A stretch of DNA of 64,000 bases from an uncultured Alphaproteobacteria bacterium (lineage in GTDB: Bacteria; Pseudomonadota; Alphaproteobacteria; Rhizobiales; Xanthobacteraceae). Location of the stretch: positions 240,056-304,055 of the forward strand of contig CAVPTV010000007.1 in the NCBI GenBank assembly GCA_963708765.1. Reading direction: 5' to 3'. The position numbers and the translations under genes were made by a program. Positions 55,401 through 64,000 of this stretch are shown here, piece after piece (the stretch's first letter is position 1; each line of letters opens with the position of its first letter). The notes under the pieces were generated by a model that saw only the letters and a list, made by a program, of their open reading frames with translations, did no database searches and was not told the origin of the DNA.

Positions 55401-56310
55401 ATGAACCAGGACATCCGTGCGCCCTATTACGGCGAGCTGGGGCGGCTGAGCTTCTCGCCCGGATGGGCGCGGCCGGAGCCCGCGATGTGGGCGTCGCCGA
55501 AGCCGAAATTCAAGCCGGCGGTGTGGCGGTTCGCGGCCGCGAAATCGGCGCTCGACCAGGCCGGCGAGTTCGTCCCGGTCGAGCAGGCCGAGCGGCGCAA
55601 CCTGATCATGGTCAATCCGATCGAAGGCAACATCTACGCGACCAGCCGCAACATCGTCGCCGCCTACCAGATGGTGAAGGCGGGCGAGACCGCGCGCTCG
55701 CACCGCCACACCGCGGCGGCGCTGCGCCTGGTGGTGCAGGCCAAGCCCGGCACCTACACGGTGGTCGACGGCGCCCGCGTCGACATGGCGCCGGGCGACG
55801 TGGTGCTGACGCCGTCCTGGTGCTGGCACGGCCACGCCAACGAGAGCGACGCCACCAGCTACTGGATCGACTTCCTCGACGTGCCGTTCGTGCAGCATTC
55901 GGAGGCGATGTTCTTCGAGCCCAATCCGGCGGGCTTCGAGACAGGTCACCCGCAACGGACCGTCGCCGTTTCGGATTCCGGCGCGCGAGGCCCTGGGGCC
56001 GGGCAACGACGCCAAGGAGGTGGAGATCGCCAAGGGCGTGCTGCCGACCATCGGCCTGCACCTGTGGCGGCTGCCGTCCGGCACCCGGCGCGAGGTGCCG
56101 AAGACCACCGTCAACAATCTCTATTCGGTGATCAGCGGCAAGGCGCGCGTCACCATCGAGGGCGGAACCGATGAAAGCCTCGCGGTCGGCGACGTGATCA
56201 CGGTGCCGTGCTGGCATGCGCACACGATCGAGGCCGAGGGCGATGCGATCGTGCTGCGGGTGACCGACGAGCCGCTGCTCGCCAAGGTCGGACTGGTGAA
56301 GAAGGGCTGA
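55401..56310 (+). pseudogene. Gentisate 1,2-dioxygenase-like bicupin. One frameshift near 55941.
   Basis: The first cupin shows ARSHRHTAAALRLVV and SWCWHGHAN. After PAGFE the frame shifts to QVTRNGPSPFRIPAREAL... and into ORF 56020..56310, which carries the second cupin (VPCWHAHTIE). Confidence 0.7.
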
Positions 56311-56315
56311 CCGCG

Positions 56316-57866
56316 ATGGCGCCCGCCCCTGCTCTTTCGATCGTGCCACCCGTCGATTTCGAGCGCTTTCGCCTGAAGTCTTTCGTCGACGGACTCGACG
56401 ACAGCGAGCTCGAACGGCGCGCCGGCGCCAGCAAGCTCTCGGAGATCGCGCGCGCGCTCGAAGCCAATCCGAAAGCCGTGCTGTTCGAGCAGGCCGGCGG
56501 GCACGCGCTCGTCGGCAATGCGCTGGCGAGCCGCAACCGGTTCGCGCAGGCCTTCGGCGTGCCGCCGCAAAAGCTGCTGCCCGAGATCCTGCGGCGACTG
56601 CGGCTCGCGCCGGAATTCATCGAGGTCGGCCGCGACGCAGGCGCCGGTGCAGCAGGTGGTGGTGACCGGCGCGGACGTCGATCTCACCAAGCTTCCGGTC
56701 CACCTCCAGCACGGCAAGGACGGCGGCCCGTTCATCTCGGCCGCGATGGACTTCGCGCGCGACCAGGCGACCGGCTGGACCAATGTCGGGCTGCGCCGGC
56801 TGATGCTGCGCGGCCGCGCCACCACCGGCATCGACCTGGTGGCGCCGAGCGACCTGCGCATGATCTATCTGGCGGCGCTCAAGCGCGGCGAGCGGCTGCC
56901 GCTCAGCGTCGTGGTCGGCGGCCATCCGATCGACTATTTCGGCGCCACCATGCGGCTGCCGGTCGACGAGCTCGGGCTGCTGGCGTCGCTGCGCGGCGCG
57001 CCGATGCCGGTGGTCAAGAGCATCACCAACGACATCCGCATCCCGGCCGACGCCGAGTGGGTGCTCGAAGGCTATCTGGGCGAGGAAGGCTACCGCGAGC
57101 CGGAAGGACCCTACGGCGAGTTCCTGGGCTATTACGGCGGCGTCAAGACCAATCCGATCTTCCACGTCACCGCCATCACGCGCCGGCGCGACGCGCTGTT
57201 CCAGACCTTGACCATCGGCGGCGCCACCATGAGCCGCACCGACACCGCGCAGCTCACGACCTTGCGCACCGAGGTGCTGATCTGGCGCGCGCTCGAGACC
57301 GCGATCCGCGAGCCGGTCGCCGTCTACGCGCCGGCCGCCACCGGCGGCGTCTACAACGTGCGCATCGCCATGCGCCAGCGCGTGCCGGGCGAGGCGCGCA
57401 ACGCCATCATGGCGGCGTTCGGCTCGCAGGCCAACGTCAAGAACGTGTTCGTGGTCGATCCCGACATCGACATTTTCTCCGACGAGCAGATGGAATGGGC
57501 GCTGGCCACGCGCTTCCAGCCGCATCGCGACCTGGTGATCGCCGAGCGGCTTTCGCACCTTGCCGCTCGATCCTTCGCTCGGCGCGGCGGTGACCGGCGC
57601 CAAGGCCGGCTACGATCTCACCCTGCCGTTCGGCGGCCAGCGCGCGCTCGAATCGGAAATCCCGCAGCCGCCGCGGTTCGAGGGCGCGCGCTTTCGAATC
57701 GGTCGAGGCGGCGCTGCGCGACGGCCCGAAATTCTTCGAGAACCTGATGGCGGCGCTCGGCAGCGACGACGGCCGCGAGATCGTGCTCGCGCTCGAGGAC
57801 TTGCATCGGCAGGGCCGCCTCAAGCGCGATCCGGCCGAGGGGCGCTATAGCTTGGTGGACTCGTAG
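56316..57866 (+). pseudogene. UbiD-family decarboxylase, copy 2. Three frameshifts.
   Basis: ORFs 56208(ATG 56316), 56518 and 57560, plus a final frame, join with steps near 56640, 57547 and 57695. It shows the UbiD-like blocks LPVHLQHGKDGGPFISAAM and EGPYGEFLGYYG. The stop TAG at 57864-57866 is part of the following REP. Confidence 0.8.
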
Positions 57867-58040
57867 GGTGGGCAAAGGCGCGCTCTCGCGCGCCTGCCCA
57901 CGCGTCGGCCAGCCGCAAACGCAGCTGATGAAATGAGGCGAAGGTCGTGGATGCGCGCGACAGCCACGCGTGGGCACGGCGCTGCCGTTCACTTGGAGAG
58001 CATGTCGAATGCGCGGACCGTCGCCTTGTGCCCACCCTAC
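57863..58040. repeat. Nested palindromic REP-like element (GTAGGGTGGGCAAA family), second copy.
   Basis: Outer arms: gtagggtgggcaaagg (57863-57878) and ccttgtgcccaccctac (58024-58040). Inner arms: cgcctgcccacgcgt (~57891-57905) and acgcgtgggcacggcg (~57966-57981). The architecture and size match the element at 22609-22781. Confidence 0.8.
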
Positions 58041-59227
58041 GGCTGTTGCTTCTGATTATCCTCGCGAACGTTCCTTCGAGCACCGCGCTCGCGCTCTACC
58101 CCGATCGGCCGGTGACGATCGTGGTGCCGTTCGCGCCCGGCGGCGCCAACGACATCGTGGTGCGCATCATCCAGCAGCCGCTCGCCGACGCGCTCGGCCA
58201 GCCGATCGTGGTCGAGAACCGCGGCGGCGCCGGCGGCAATATCGCGTTCGCGTGGGTCGCGCGCGCCCGGCCGGACGGCTACACGCTGTTGCTGGCGCCG
58301 AACTCGTTCGCGGTCAATCCGAGCCTCTACGACAAGGTCGCCTACGACCCGTTTCGGGACTTCGAGCCGGTGGCCGAGATCAGCTCCTTCCCGGTCATGT
58401 TCGCGGTGCGGGCCGGACCTGGGCGTCAACACGCTGGCCGAGCTGATCGCGCGCGCGAAGGAGAAGCCGGGCAGCCTCAACTACGCGACGCCGGGACCCG
58501 GCACGCTTGCCGCATCTGGCGACCGAGCTGCTCAAGCAACGCGCCGGCATCGACATGGTGCACATTCCCTATGCGGGCGCGGCGCCGGCCGCCCAGGCGC
58601 TCATCGGCAAGACCGTCGACCTCGGCACGCTGTCGATCTCGGTCGCCATGCCGCACATTCAGGCGGGCCTGCTCAAGGGCCTGGCGGTGACCGGCGCCGA
58701 GCGCTGGCCGGATCTGCCCGACGTCCCGACGGTGGCGGAAGCCGGCGTGCCGGAGTCGGTGTCGGAGACCTGGCAAGGCATTCTGGTTCCGGCCGGCACG
58801 CCGAAGGACGATGGTCGAGCGCCTCGCCAAGGCGCTGGTCGAGATCGCGCAGCGTCCCGACGTGCGCGAGAAGCTGCGCCACGCCGGCTTCGCCGCCACC
58901 GGCCGCGGACCCGACGCGTTCGCCAGGCGCATCGCCGAGGACGTGCCGAAATGGAAGGACGTGATCGAGAAGGCGCGCATCAGCCCGAAGGTTGGGTCGA
59001 GTTCTTGCGAGACCCAACGTTGCGCACCGGAGGTGTTGGGTCTCGGAAGAACTCGACCCAACCTACCACTGCCGCCTCAATGCATCGACTTGCCGCCATC
59101 GACGTTGATGGTCTGCCCGGTCATGAAGTCGCTGGCCGACGACGACAGGAACATGACCGCGCCGACCAGGTCGGCGGGCACCTGCGCGCGCTCGAACACG
59201 CGGCCCTCGACCCGCGAGGCCAGGTAA
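58028..59227 (+). pseudogene. Bug-family (TctC-like) periplasmic substrate-binding protein 3. Three frameshifts and no stop near the expected end (~59005).
   Basis: The candidate GTG start at 58028 is uncertain. The product reads LRLLLLIILANVPSSTALA, then YPDRPVTIVVPFAPGGANDIV. Steps fall near 58415, 58507 and 58810 (..FAVRA-DLGVNTLAEL..GPGT-LPHLATELL..GTPKD-MVERLAKAL..). After ..KWKDVIEKARISPK the ORF runs through a hairpin and into the antisense of the SDR gene. Confidence 0.7.
58989..59064. terminator. Long hairpin (30-bp arms, one internal mismatch) between the convergent Bug-3 and SDR genes. Bidirectional-terminator-like or REP-like.
   Basis: aggttgggtcgagttcttgcgagacccaac (58989-59018), loop gttgcgcaccggaggt, gttgggtctcggaagaactcgacccaacct (59035-59064). 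There is no T tract. Confidence 0.5.
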
Positions 59228-59850
59228 TTGCCCGATGACGAGGCGACCTGCGTCTCGCTCAGCGTATAGCCGGGCGTGATCGCATTGACGGTGATGCCGA
59301 ACTCGCCGACCTCGCGCGACAGCGCGCGGGTGAACCCGATCACGCCGGCCTTCGAGGTGGTGTAGTGCAGCCGGTTGGGCGTGCCCTCCCACACCCGCGA
59401 CGACGAGATGTTGACGATCTTGCCGCGCAGCTTGGCCTTCATGGCCGGGAACACCGCGCGGCAGGACAGGAACATGCCGCGCAGGTTCACCGCCATCACG
59501 CGATCCCATTCGTCGACCGGGATTTCGAGCCAGGAGCGGCGCGCCAGCACGCTCATCAGCGAGGCATTGTTGACGAGCACGTCGATCGAGCCGAAGCGTT
59601 CGAGCACGGCCTCCGCCATGGACTTGGTCGACTCCTCGCTCGCGATGTCGGTCTCGAGCGCCAGCGCCTCGTGGCCCTGCGCGGCGAGCGCGTCCGCCAC
59701 CGCCCGGGCGGCGGCCGCATCGATGTCGGCCGCAACCACGCGGGCGCCGGCCTTGGCGAATTCCTGCGAATAGACCTTGCCGATGCCCTTGCCGCCGCCG
59801 GTGATGATGACGGTGCGTCCGGTGAGATCGAAGCGTTCGTTCAGGGCCAT
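59077..59850 (-). CDS. Short-chain dehydrogenase/reductase (FabG-like).
   Basis: Intact 257-aa ORF. It shows the cofactor motif TGGGKGIGK, then NNAS, and the catalytic YTTSKAGVIGFT (YxxxK). Confidence 0.85.
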   Translation of the reverse strand: MALNERFDLTGRTVIITGGGKGIGKVYSQEFAKAGARVVAADIDAAAARAVADALAAQGHEALALETDIASEESTKSMAEAVLERFGSIDVLVNNASLMSVLARRSWLEIPVDEWDRVMAVNLRGMFLSCRAVFPAMKAKLRGKIVNISSSRVWEGTPNRLHYTTSKAGVIGFTRALSREVGEFGITVNAITPGYTLSETQVASSSGNYLASRVEGRVFERAQVPADLVGAVMFLSSSASDFMTGQTINVDGGKSMH

Positions 59851-59948
59851 GATGGTGCCTCGTCGTGGAGACCGAACGCTACACGGTGCGCGGCACAGGC
59901 GCCAAGCCTCGGCGATAGCGACGTGTCAGCCGAGCGCCCTCTAGTTCC

Positions 59949-60096
59949 GTCACCCTGAGGCGCTCGCGCTCTTGCGCGAGCCTCGAAGCCTGCCGCGAAG
60001 GCGGGCGACGGCCGGCTATCGCAGCGGGGGAGCAAGCGGCACCGCGGGGGCCGTTCATCCTTCGAGGCTCGCGAAGCGCGCGCGCCTCAGGATGAC
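59949..60096. repeat. ~148-bp palindromic intergenic element (..CTGAGGCGC..GAGCCTCGAAG.. family).
   Basis: The left arm gtcaccctgaggcgctcgcgctcttgcgcgagcctcgaag (59949-59988) is an imperfect reverse complement of ccttcgaggctcgcgaagcgcgcgcgcctcaggatgac (60059-60096). Confidence 0.75.
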
Positions 60097-60147
60097 GGGT
60101 CAAACAGTCGGCCGTTGCTATAGTGCCTGCCCTGCCCTGGGTTGTTG

Positions 60148-60978
60148 ATGGCCATTCCCGCAAATCTCGAACAGTCGGCGCCAGGCGAACCGCGGCGCTC
60201 CGCGCTCGCGAGCCTTTACGTCGACCACGAACGGGCGGTGATCGGCGGCGGCACGCTGCTCGCCTTCCTGCTGCTCTGGGAGGCGTTCGGGCGCAGCGGC
60301 CTGGTCGATCCGCTGTTCATCTCCTCGCCCACGCAGGTGGCGCAGGCGGGCTACGGCCTGATGCAGGACCGCGATTTCTGGAACGACCTCACCGTCAGCG
60401 GGACCGAGTTCATCTTCGGCTATGGCCTCGCGGTCGCGATCGCGATCCCGCTCGGGCTCGCGATCGGATTGTCGAAACGGCTGCAATACATGCTCAGCCC
60501 GTTCGTCGACACGCTCAACGCGGTGCCGCGGGTCACGCTGTTGCCGCTGATCATCATCTGGTTCGGCATCGGCATCTGGTCCAAGGTGGTGGTGGTTTTC
60601 CTGGGCGCCGTCATCCCGATCCTGATCAACACCCAGTCCGGCGTGAAGACCAGCGAAGCGCGCTTCATCCGGGTGGCGCGCAGCTTCTCGGCCTCGAAGC
60701 TCAAGATTTTCTCGAGCATCATCCTGCCCGGGACGGTGCCGTTCATCTTCACCGGCCTGAAATACGGCGCCGGCCGCGCGCTGCTCGGCGTCGTGGTCGG
60801 CGAGCTCTATGCGTCGACCGCGGGCATCGGGCACATGATCGCGGCCGCCGGCAATACGTTCCAGACCGACGTGGTGTTCTTCGGCGTGCTGATCTTCATG
60901 GCCACCGGGCTCACCGTGGTCGCGCTGCTCGATCGGCTCGAGCGGCGGTTCGAGAGATGGCGGCCCGATGCGCGCTGA
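60148..60978 (+). CDS. NitT/TauT-family ABC transporter permease.
   Basis: Intact ORF (the track starts it at TTG 60142; the ATG is at 60148). It has multiple TM segments and the conserved loop QSGVKTSEARFIRVARSFSAS. Confidence 0.8.
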   Translation: MAIPANLEQSAPGEPRRSALASLYVDHERAVIGGGTLLAFLLLWEAFGRSGLVDPLFISSPTQVAQAGYGLMQDRDFWNDLTVSGTEFIFGYGLAVAIAIPLGLAIGLSKRLQYMLSPFVDTLNAVPRVTLLPLIIIWFGIGIWSKVVVVFLGAVIPILINTQSGVKTSEARFIRVARSFSASKLKIFSSIILPGTVPFIFTGLKYGAGRALLGVVVGELYASTAGIGHMIAAAGNTFQTDVVFFGVLIFMATGLTVVALLDRLERRFERWRPDAR

Positions 60979-61798
60979 ACGGAATTTCTATCTCGCGCAC
61001 GAGCGCGCCATTCTGGGCACCCTCATGGTGCTCATATTCCTCATCGCCTGGGAAGGCTTCGAGCGCGGCTGGTGGGCGGACGCGCTGCGGCCGCTGCTCG
61101 GCGCGTCGGCGGAGCGCTGGAAGCTCAAGCCGATCTTCATCTCCTCGCCCACCTTGGTCGCGCAGGCAGCCTTCCGGATGTTCTTCGTGACCGGCGAGAT
61201 CTGGCGCGACCTCGCCGGGAGCGGGCTCGGCTATGCGCTCGGCCTCGTGCTGGCGATCGCGGTCGGCATCCCGCTCGGGCTCGCCGCCGGCTGGTATCGG
61301 CGGCTCTCCTATGCGGTCGAGCCGTTCCTCGCGGCGCTCAACGCCACGCCGCAGGTCGCCTTCCTGCCGCTGATCGTGGTGTGGGTCGGCACCGGGCTCG
61401 GCGCCCGCGTGCTGATCATCTTTCTGCTCGCCGTGCTGCCGATCGCCATCAACGCCCATGCCGCCGTCCGCACCACCGATCCGCGCCTGGTCAAGGTGGC
61501 GGCGAGCTTCAGCGCCGGCGACTGGCGGCTGTTCCGCACCATCATCCTGCCGGGCGCGGTGCCGTTCCTGCTCGCGGGCCTGCGGCTCGCGATCGGGCGC
61601 GGCATGATCGGCGTGGTGGTCGGCGAAATCTACGGCTCGGCCACCGGCCTCGGCGCCATGATCAACCAGGCCGGCTCGCGCTTCCAGACCGACAAGGTGT
61701 TCGTCGGCGTGCTCACCATCGTGGCCATCGGGGTGCTATTGGTCGAGATCGTGCAGCGGATCGAGCGCCGGGTCGAGGTCTGGCGTCCGCCGGCGTGA
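60968..61798 (+). CDS. NitT/TauT-family ABC transporter permease (second subunit).
   Basis: Intact 276-aa ORF, paralogous to the previous gene (HAAVRTTDPRLVKVAASFSAG). It overlaps that gene by 11 nt. Confidence 0.8.
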   Translation: MRAERNFYLAHERAILGTLMVLIFLIAWEGFERGWWADALRPLLGASAERWKLKPIFISSPTLVAQAAFRMFFVTGEIWRDLAGSGLGYALGLVLAIAVGIPLGLAAGWYRRLSYAVEPFLAALNATPQVAFLPLIVVWVGTGLGARVLIIFLLAVLPIAINAHAAVRTTDPRLVKVAASFSAGDWRLFRTIILPGAVPFLLAGLRLAIGRGMIGVVVGEIYGSATGLGAMINQAGSRFQTDKVFVGVLTIVAIGVLLVEIVQRIERRVEVWRPPA

Positions 61799-61810
61799 CC
61801 GACAGCAGCC

Positions 61811-62650
61811 ATGAACCCCAAGCGCGACGCCAAGCTCGAAGCACAGGACATCCGGCTGGAGTATTTCCAGCCCCGCACCAATACCCGGCTCACCGCGCTC
61901 GACGGCGTGAACCTGCAGGTGATGGACGGCGAGTTCGTCTCGATCGTGGGGCCGTCCGGCTGCGGCAAGACCACGTTCCTGTCGGTGGTCGACGGCCTGA
62001 TCGCCGCCAGCGCGGGCCGCATCCTGGTCGACGGTCAGGTCGTGACCAAGCCCGGGCCCGACCGCGCGGTGGTGTTCCAGGACGCCTCGCTGCTGCCGTG
62101 GCGGACGGTGCTCGGCAACGTGCTCTATGGGCTCGAATGCATCGGCGTCGGCACGCGCGCGGCAAAAGAGCGCGCATCGCACTTCATCGAGATGGTCGGC
62201 CTCACGGGCTTCGAGCATCATTATCCCTACGAGCTCTCCGGCGGCATGCAGCAGCGCGTCAACCTGGCGCGCGCGCTGGTCATGGACCCGAAGATCCTGC
62301 TGATGGACGAGCCGTTCGCGTCGCTCGACGCGCAGACCCGCGAGCTGATGCAGGAGGAGCTGCTGCAGATCTGGGTGCGCGCCAGGAAGACCGTGCTGTT
62401 CGTCACCCACCAGATCGACGAGGCGATCTATCTGTCCGACCGCGTCGTCGTGTTCTCGGGCCGGCCCGGAAGGGTCAAGGAGATCATCCCGGTCGAGATC
62501 GAGCGGCCGCGGCCGCTGGGGGTGAAGCGCGAGCCGCGTTTCCATGCGATCGAGGACCGCATCTGGAGCCTGATCGAGGAGGACGTGAAGGGAAAGGTCA
62601 CGACCGATCGCAACCGGCCGACCGTTGACCGGAGCGACGCCAATTTCTAA
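61811..62650 (+). CDS. NitT/TauT-family ABC transporter ATP-binding protein.
   Basis: Intact 279-aa ORF. It shows Walker A GPSGCGKTT, signature LSGGMQQR and Walker B LLMDEPF. Confidence 0.85.
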   Translation: MNPKRDAKLEAQDIRLEYFQPRTNTRLTALDGVNLQVMDGEFVSIVGPSGCGKTTFLSVVDGLIAASAGRILVDGQVVTKPGPDRAVVFQDASLLPWRTVLGNVLYGLECIGVGTRAAKERASHFIEMVGLTGFEHHYPYELSGGMQQRVNLARALVMDPKILLMDEPFASLDAQTRELMQEELLQIWVRARKTVLFVTHQIDEAIYLSDRVVVFSGRPGRVKEIIPVEIERPRPLGVKREPRFHAIEDRIWSLIEEDVKGKVTTDRNRPTVDRSDANF

Positions 62651-62703
62651 CCCGTTGTAGGCGCACAACCTCGACCAAGACGAGGACCTTCAAGGAGGAA
62701 ACA

Positions 62704-63721
62704 ATGCAGATCAACGCCTTTCGCATGATATCGGCTTTGCTGGGCCTCGCGCTCGCGACGCCCTCCGTGGCTGCCGATCTCAAGCCGTTCAAGATCGGCA
62801 TCTCGGCGCCGGTCGTGACCATCTTCCCGGTCTGGATGGCGGAGGCCGGCGGCTTCTACGAGAAGGAAGGGCTCAAGGTCGAGGTCGTCAACATGGAAGG
62901 CGGCACCCGCGGCCTGCAGGTGCTGCTCTCGGGCGAAATCCAGGGCATGCATGTCGGGCTCGGCACCCGCGGTGCTCGCCAACAAGCAGGGCGCCGACCT
63001 GCGCCTCGTCACCTCGACCTGCAACACCATCCCGATCACCATGTTCGCCAAGGCCGGGGTCGGCATGGCCGACCTCAAGGGCAAGACCTTCGGCATCAGC
63101 ACCTTCGGCTCGGAGACCGACATCGCCATCAGCATCCTGCTCAAGCGGCTCGGCCTCACCCGGCAGGACGTCACCGTCTCGCAGATCGGCGGCAGCTCGC
63201 AGCGCTTCGCCGCGCTGGTCGCCGGCCGCATCGACGTCGCGCCGCTGATCGAGCCGGGCGTCACGCTGGCGAAGGAGCGCGGCTTCAATCCGCTCATCGA
63301 CCTCGCCGCCGCCAAGACGCCGTGGATTTTCGATTCGGTGGTCGTCGGCCGCGGCTATCTCGAGCAGAACCGCGACACGCTGACGCGCTTCGTGAAAGCC
63401 TATGTGGCGGGCGCCTACCTGGCGCTCGCCGACGAGAAGAAGGCGAAGGAGCTGATCGCGCAGAAGTTCAAGACCAACGACCCGAAGGTGATCGCCGCCA
63501 CCTATGCCGACTTCAAGCGCCTGATGCCGCTCGACGCGGCGCCGTCGATCGAGGGCGCCAACAACGTGATCGAGCAGCTGCTGGCGATCGGCACCGACAT
63601 CGGCAGCCGCAACGTGAACGACTATCTCGATCTCAGCATCATCGAGAAGCTGAAGCAGGACGGGTATTTCGATCAGATGGCGAAGACGTATCCGGTCGAA
63701 GTAGACGCGCCCCGCCGATGA
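62704..63721 (+). pseudogene. NMT1-like ABC substrate-binding protein. One frameshift near 62967.
   Basis: The signal peptide is MQINAFRMISALLGLALATPSVAA. ORF 62704 joins ORF 62951..63721 across MHVGLGT-AVLANKQGADLRLV. Confidence 0.75.
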
Positions 63722-63739
63722 CCCAAATCTCCGCTGTCA

Positions 63740-63846
63740 TCGCCCGGCTTGACCGGGCGACCCAGTAAACACCGAGCGAGACGTGTGGCACGACGCGGCC
63801 AAACGAGCAGGCGGTGATTACTGGATGCCCGCTCAAGAGCGGGCAT
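63740..63846. repeat. Two short REP-type hairpins in the intergenic region.
   Basis: First hairpin: tcgcccgg cttga ccgggcga (63740-63760). Second hairpin: atgcccgc tcaaga gcgggcat (63825-63846). Confidence 0.7.
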
Positions 63847-63869
63847 GACAACCTCGGAGAAACGTGCCT

Positions 63870-64000
63870 GTGAACGCCATCGACCTCGAAGTCATCTACC
63901 AGTCGACGCTGCAGATCGCCCGCGAGCTCACGCTCAACATGCTGCGCACGGGCTATTCCACCATCATCAAGGAGAGCCAGGATTTCACCTTCGCGATCTT
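63870..64000 (+). CDS. hyuB: Hydantoinase B/oxoprolinase family protein (HyuB-like). N-terminal 43 codons; it continues beyond the right window edge.
   Basis: GTG 63870 lies 9 nt after ggaga. The product VNAIDLEVIYQSTLQIARELTLNMLRTGYSTIIKESQDFTFAI matches the conserved HyuB N-terminus pattern (D..E.....L.....E........S..I.E..DF). Confidence 0.7.
   Translation, partial: MNAIDLEVIYQSTLQIARELTLNMLRTGYSTIIKESQDFTFAI

Overview
The window is a GC-rich alphaproteobacterial chromosomal segment. REP families and gene content suggest Bradyrhizobium or Rhodopseudomonas, but this is inference only.

I saw no rRNA, tRNA, CRISPR array, transposase, integrase or phage genes.

Gene content from left to right:
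- The 5' part of a hydantoinase A-like gene.
- A cytoplasmic hybrid histidine kinase of about 2100 aa, built from 12 exact 276-bp HAMP-type repeats, plus GAF, a kinase core and 3 receiver domains.
- An adjacent REC-PAS-HWE kinase-REC gene.
- An assimilatory nitrate/nitrite cluster: nirA, a CysJ-like flavoprotein, nasA and cysG, preceded by a structured leader with an intrinsic-terminator-like hairpin.
- A long accessory catabolic and transport region, containing:
  - TctAB and three Bug-type binding proteins
  - a CocE/NonD hydrolase, a cupin and two amidohydrolase_2 genes
  - two UbiD-family decarboxylases and a CMD-family gene
  - a four-gene molybdo-flavo-iron-sulfur oxidoreductase operon with an unknown secreted protein and an ABM-domain membrane protein
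  - a Rieske oxygenase
  - a LIV-type ABC system with a fused permease and double ATPase
  - three NitT/TauT-type ABC sets
  - an FAH-family hydrolase, a PhtD-like decarboxylase, a PEP-mutase/ICL-family enzyme, an FAD monooxygenase, a gentisate-dioxygenase-like bicupin and an SDR
- The 5' end of a hydantoinase B-like gene.

The dominant sequence-level observation is that about half of the genes are broken. I infer at least 47 single-base frame disruptions, and nearly all behave as +1 insertions. This points more to an insertion-biased consensus or assembly problem than to natural decay, and it must be resolved before any functional claim is made.

Candidates worth follow-up:
- a 170-aa ORF that looks like a degenerate FtsZ/tubulin N-domain
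- the oxidoreductase operon with its uncharacterised secreted partner
- the decarboxylase-rich loci that lack UbiX and lack any visible transcription factor
- the nirA leader
- several nested palindromic REP families that abut or overlap gene ends
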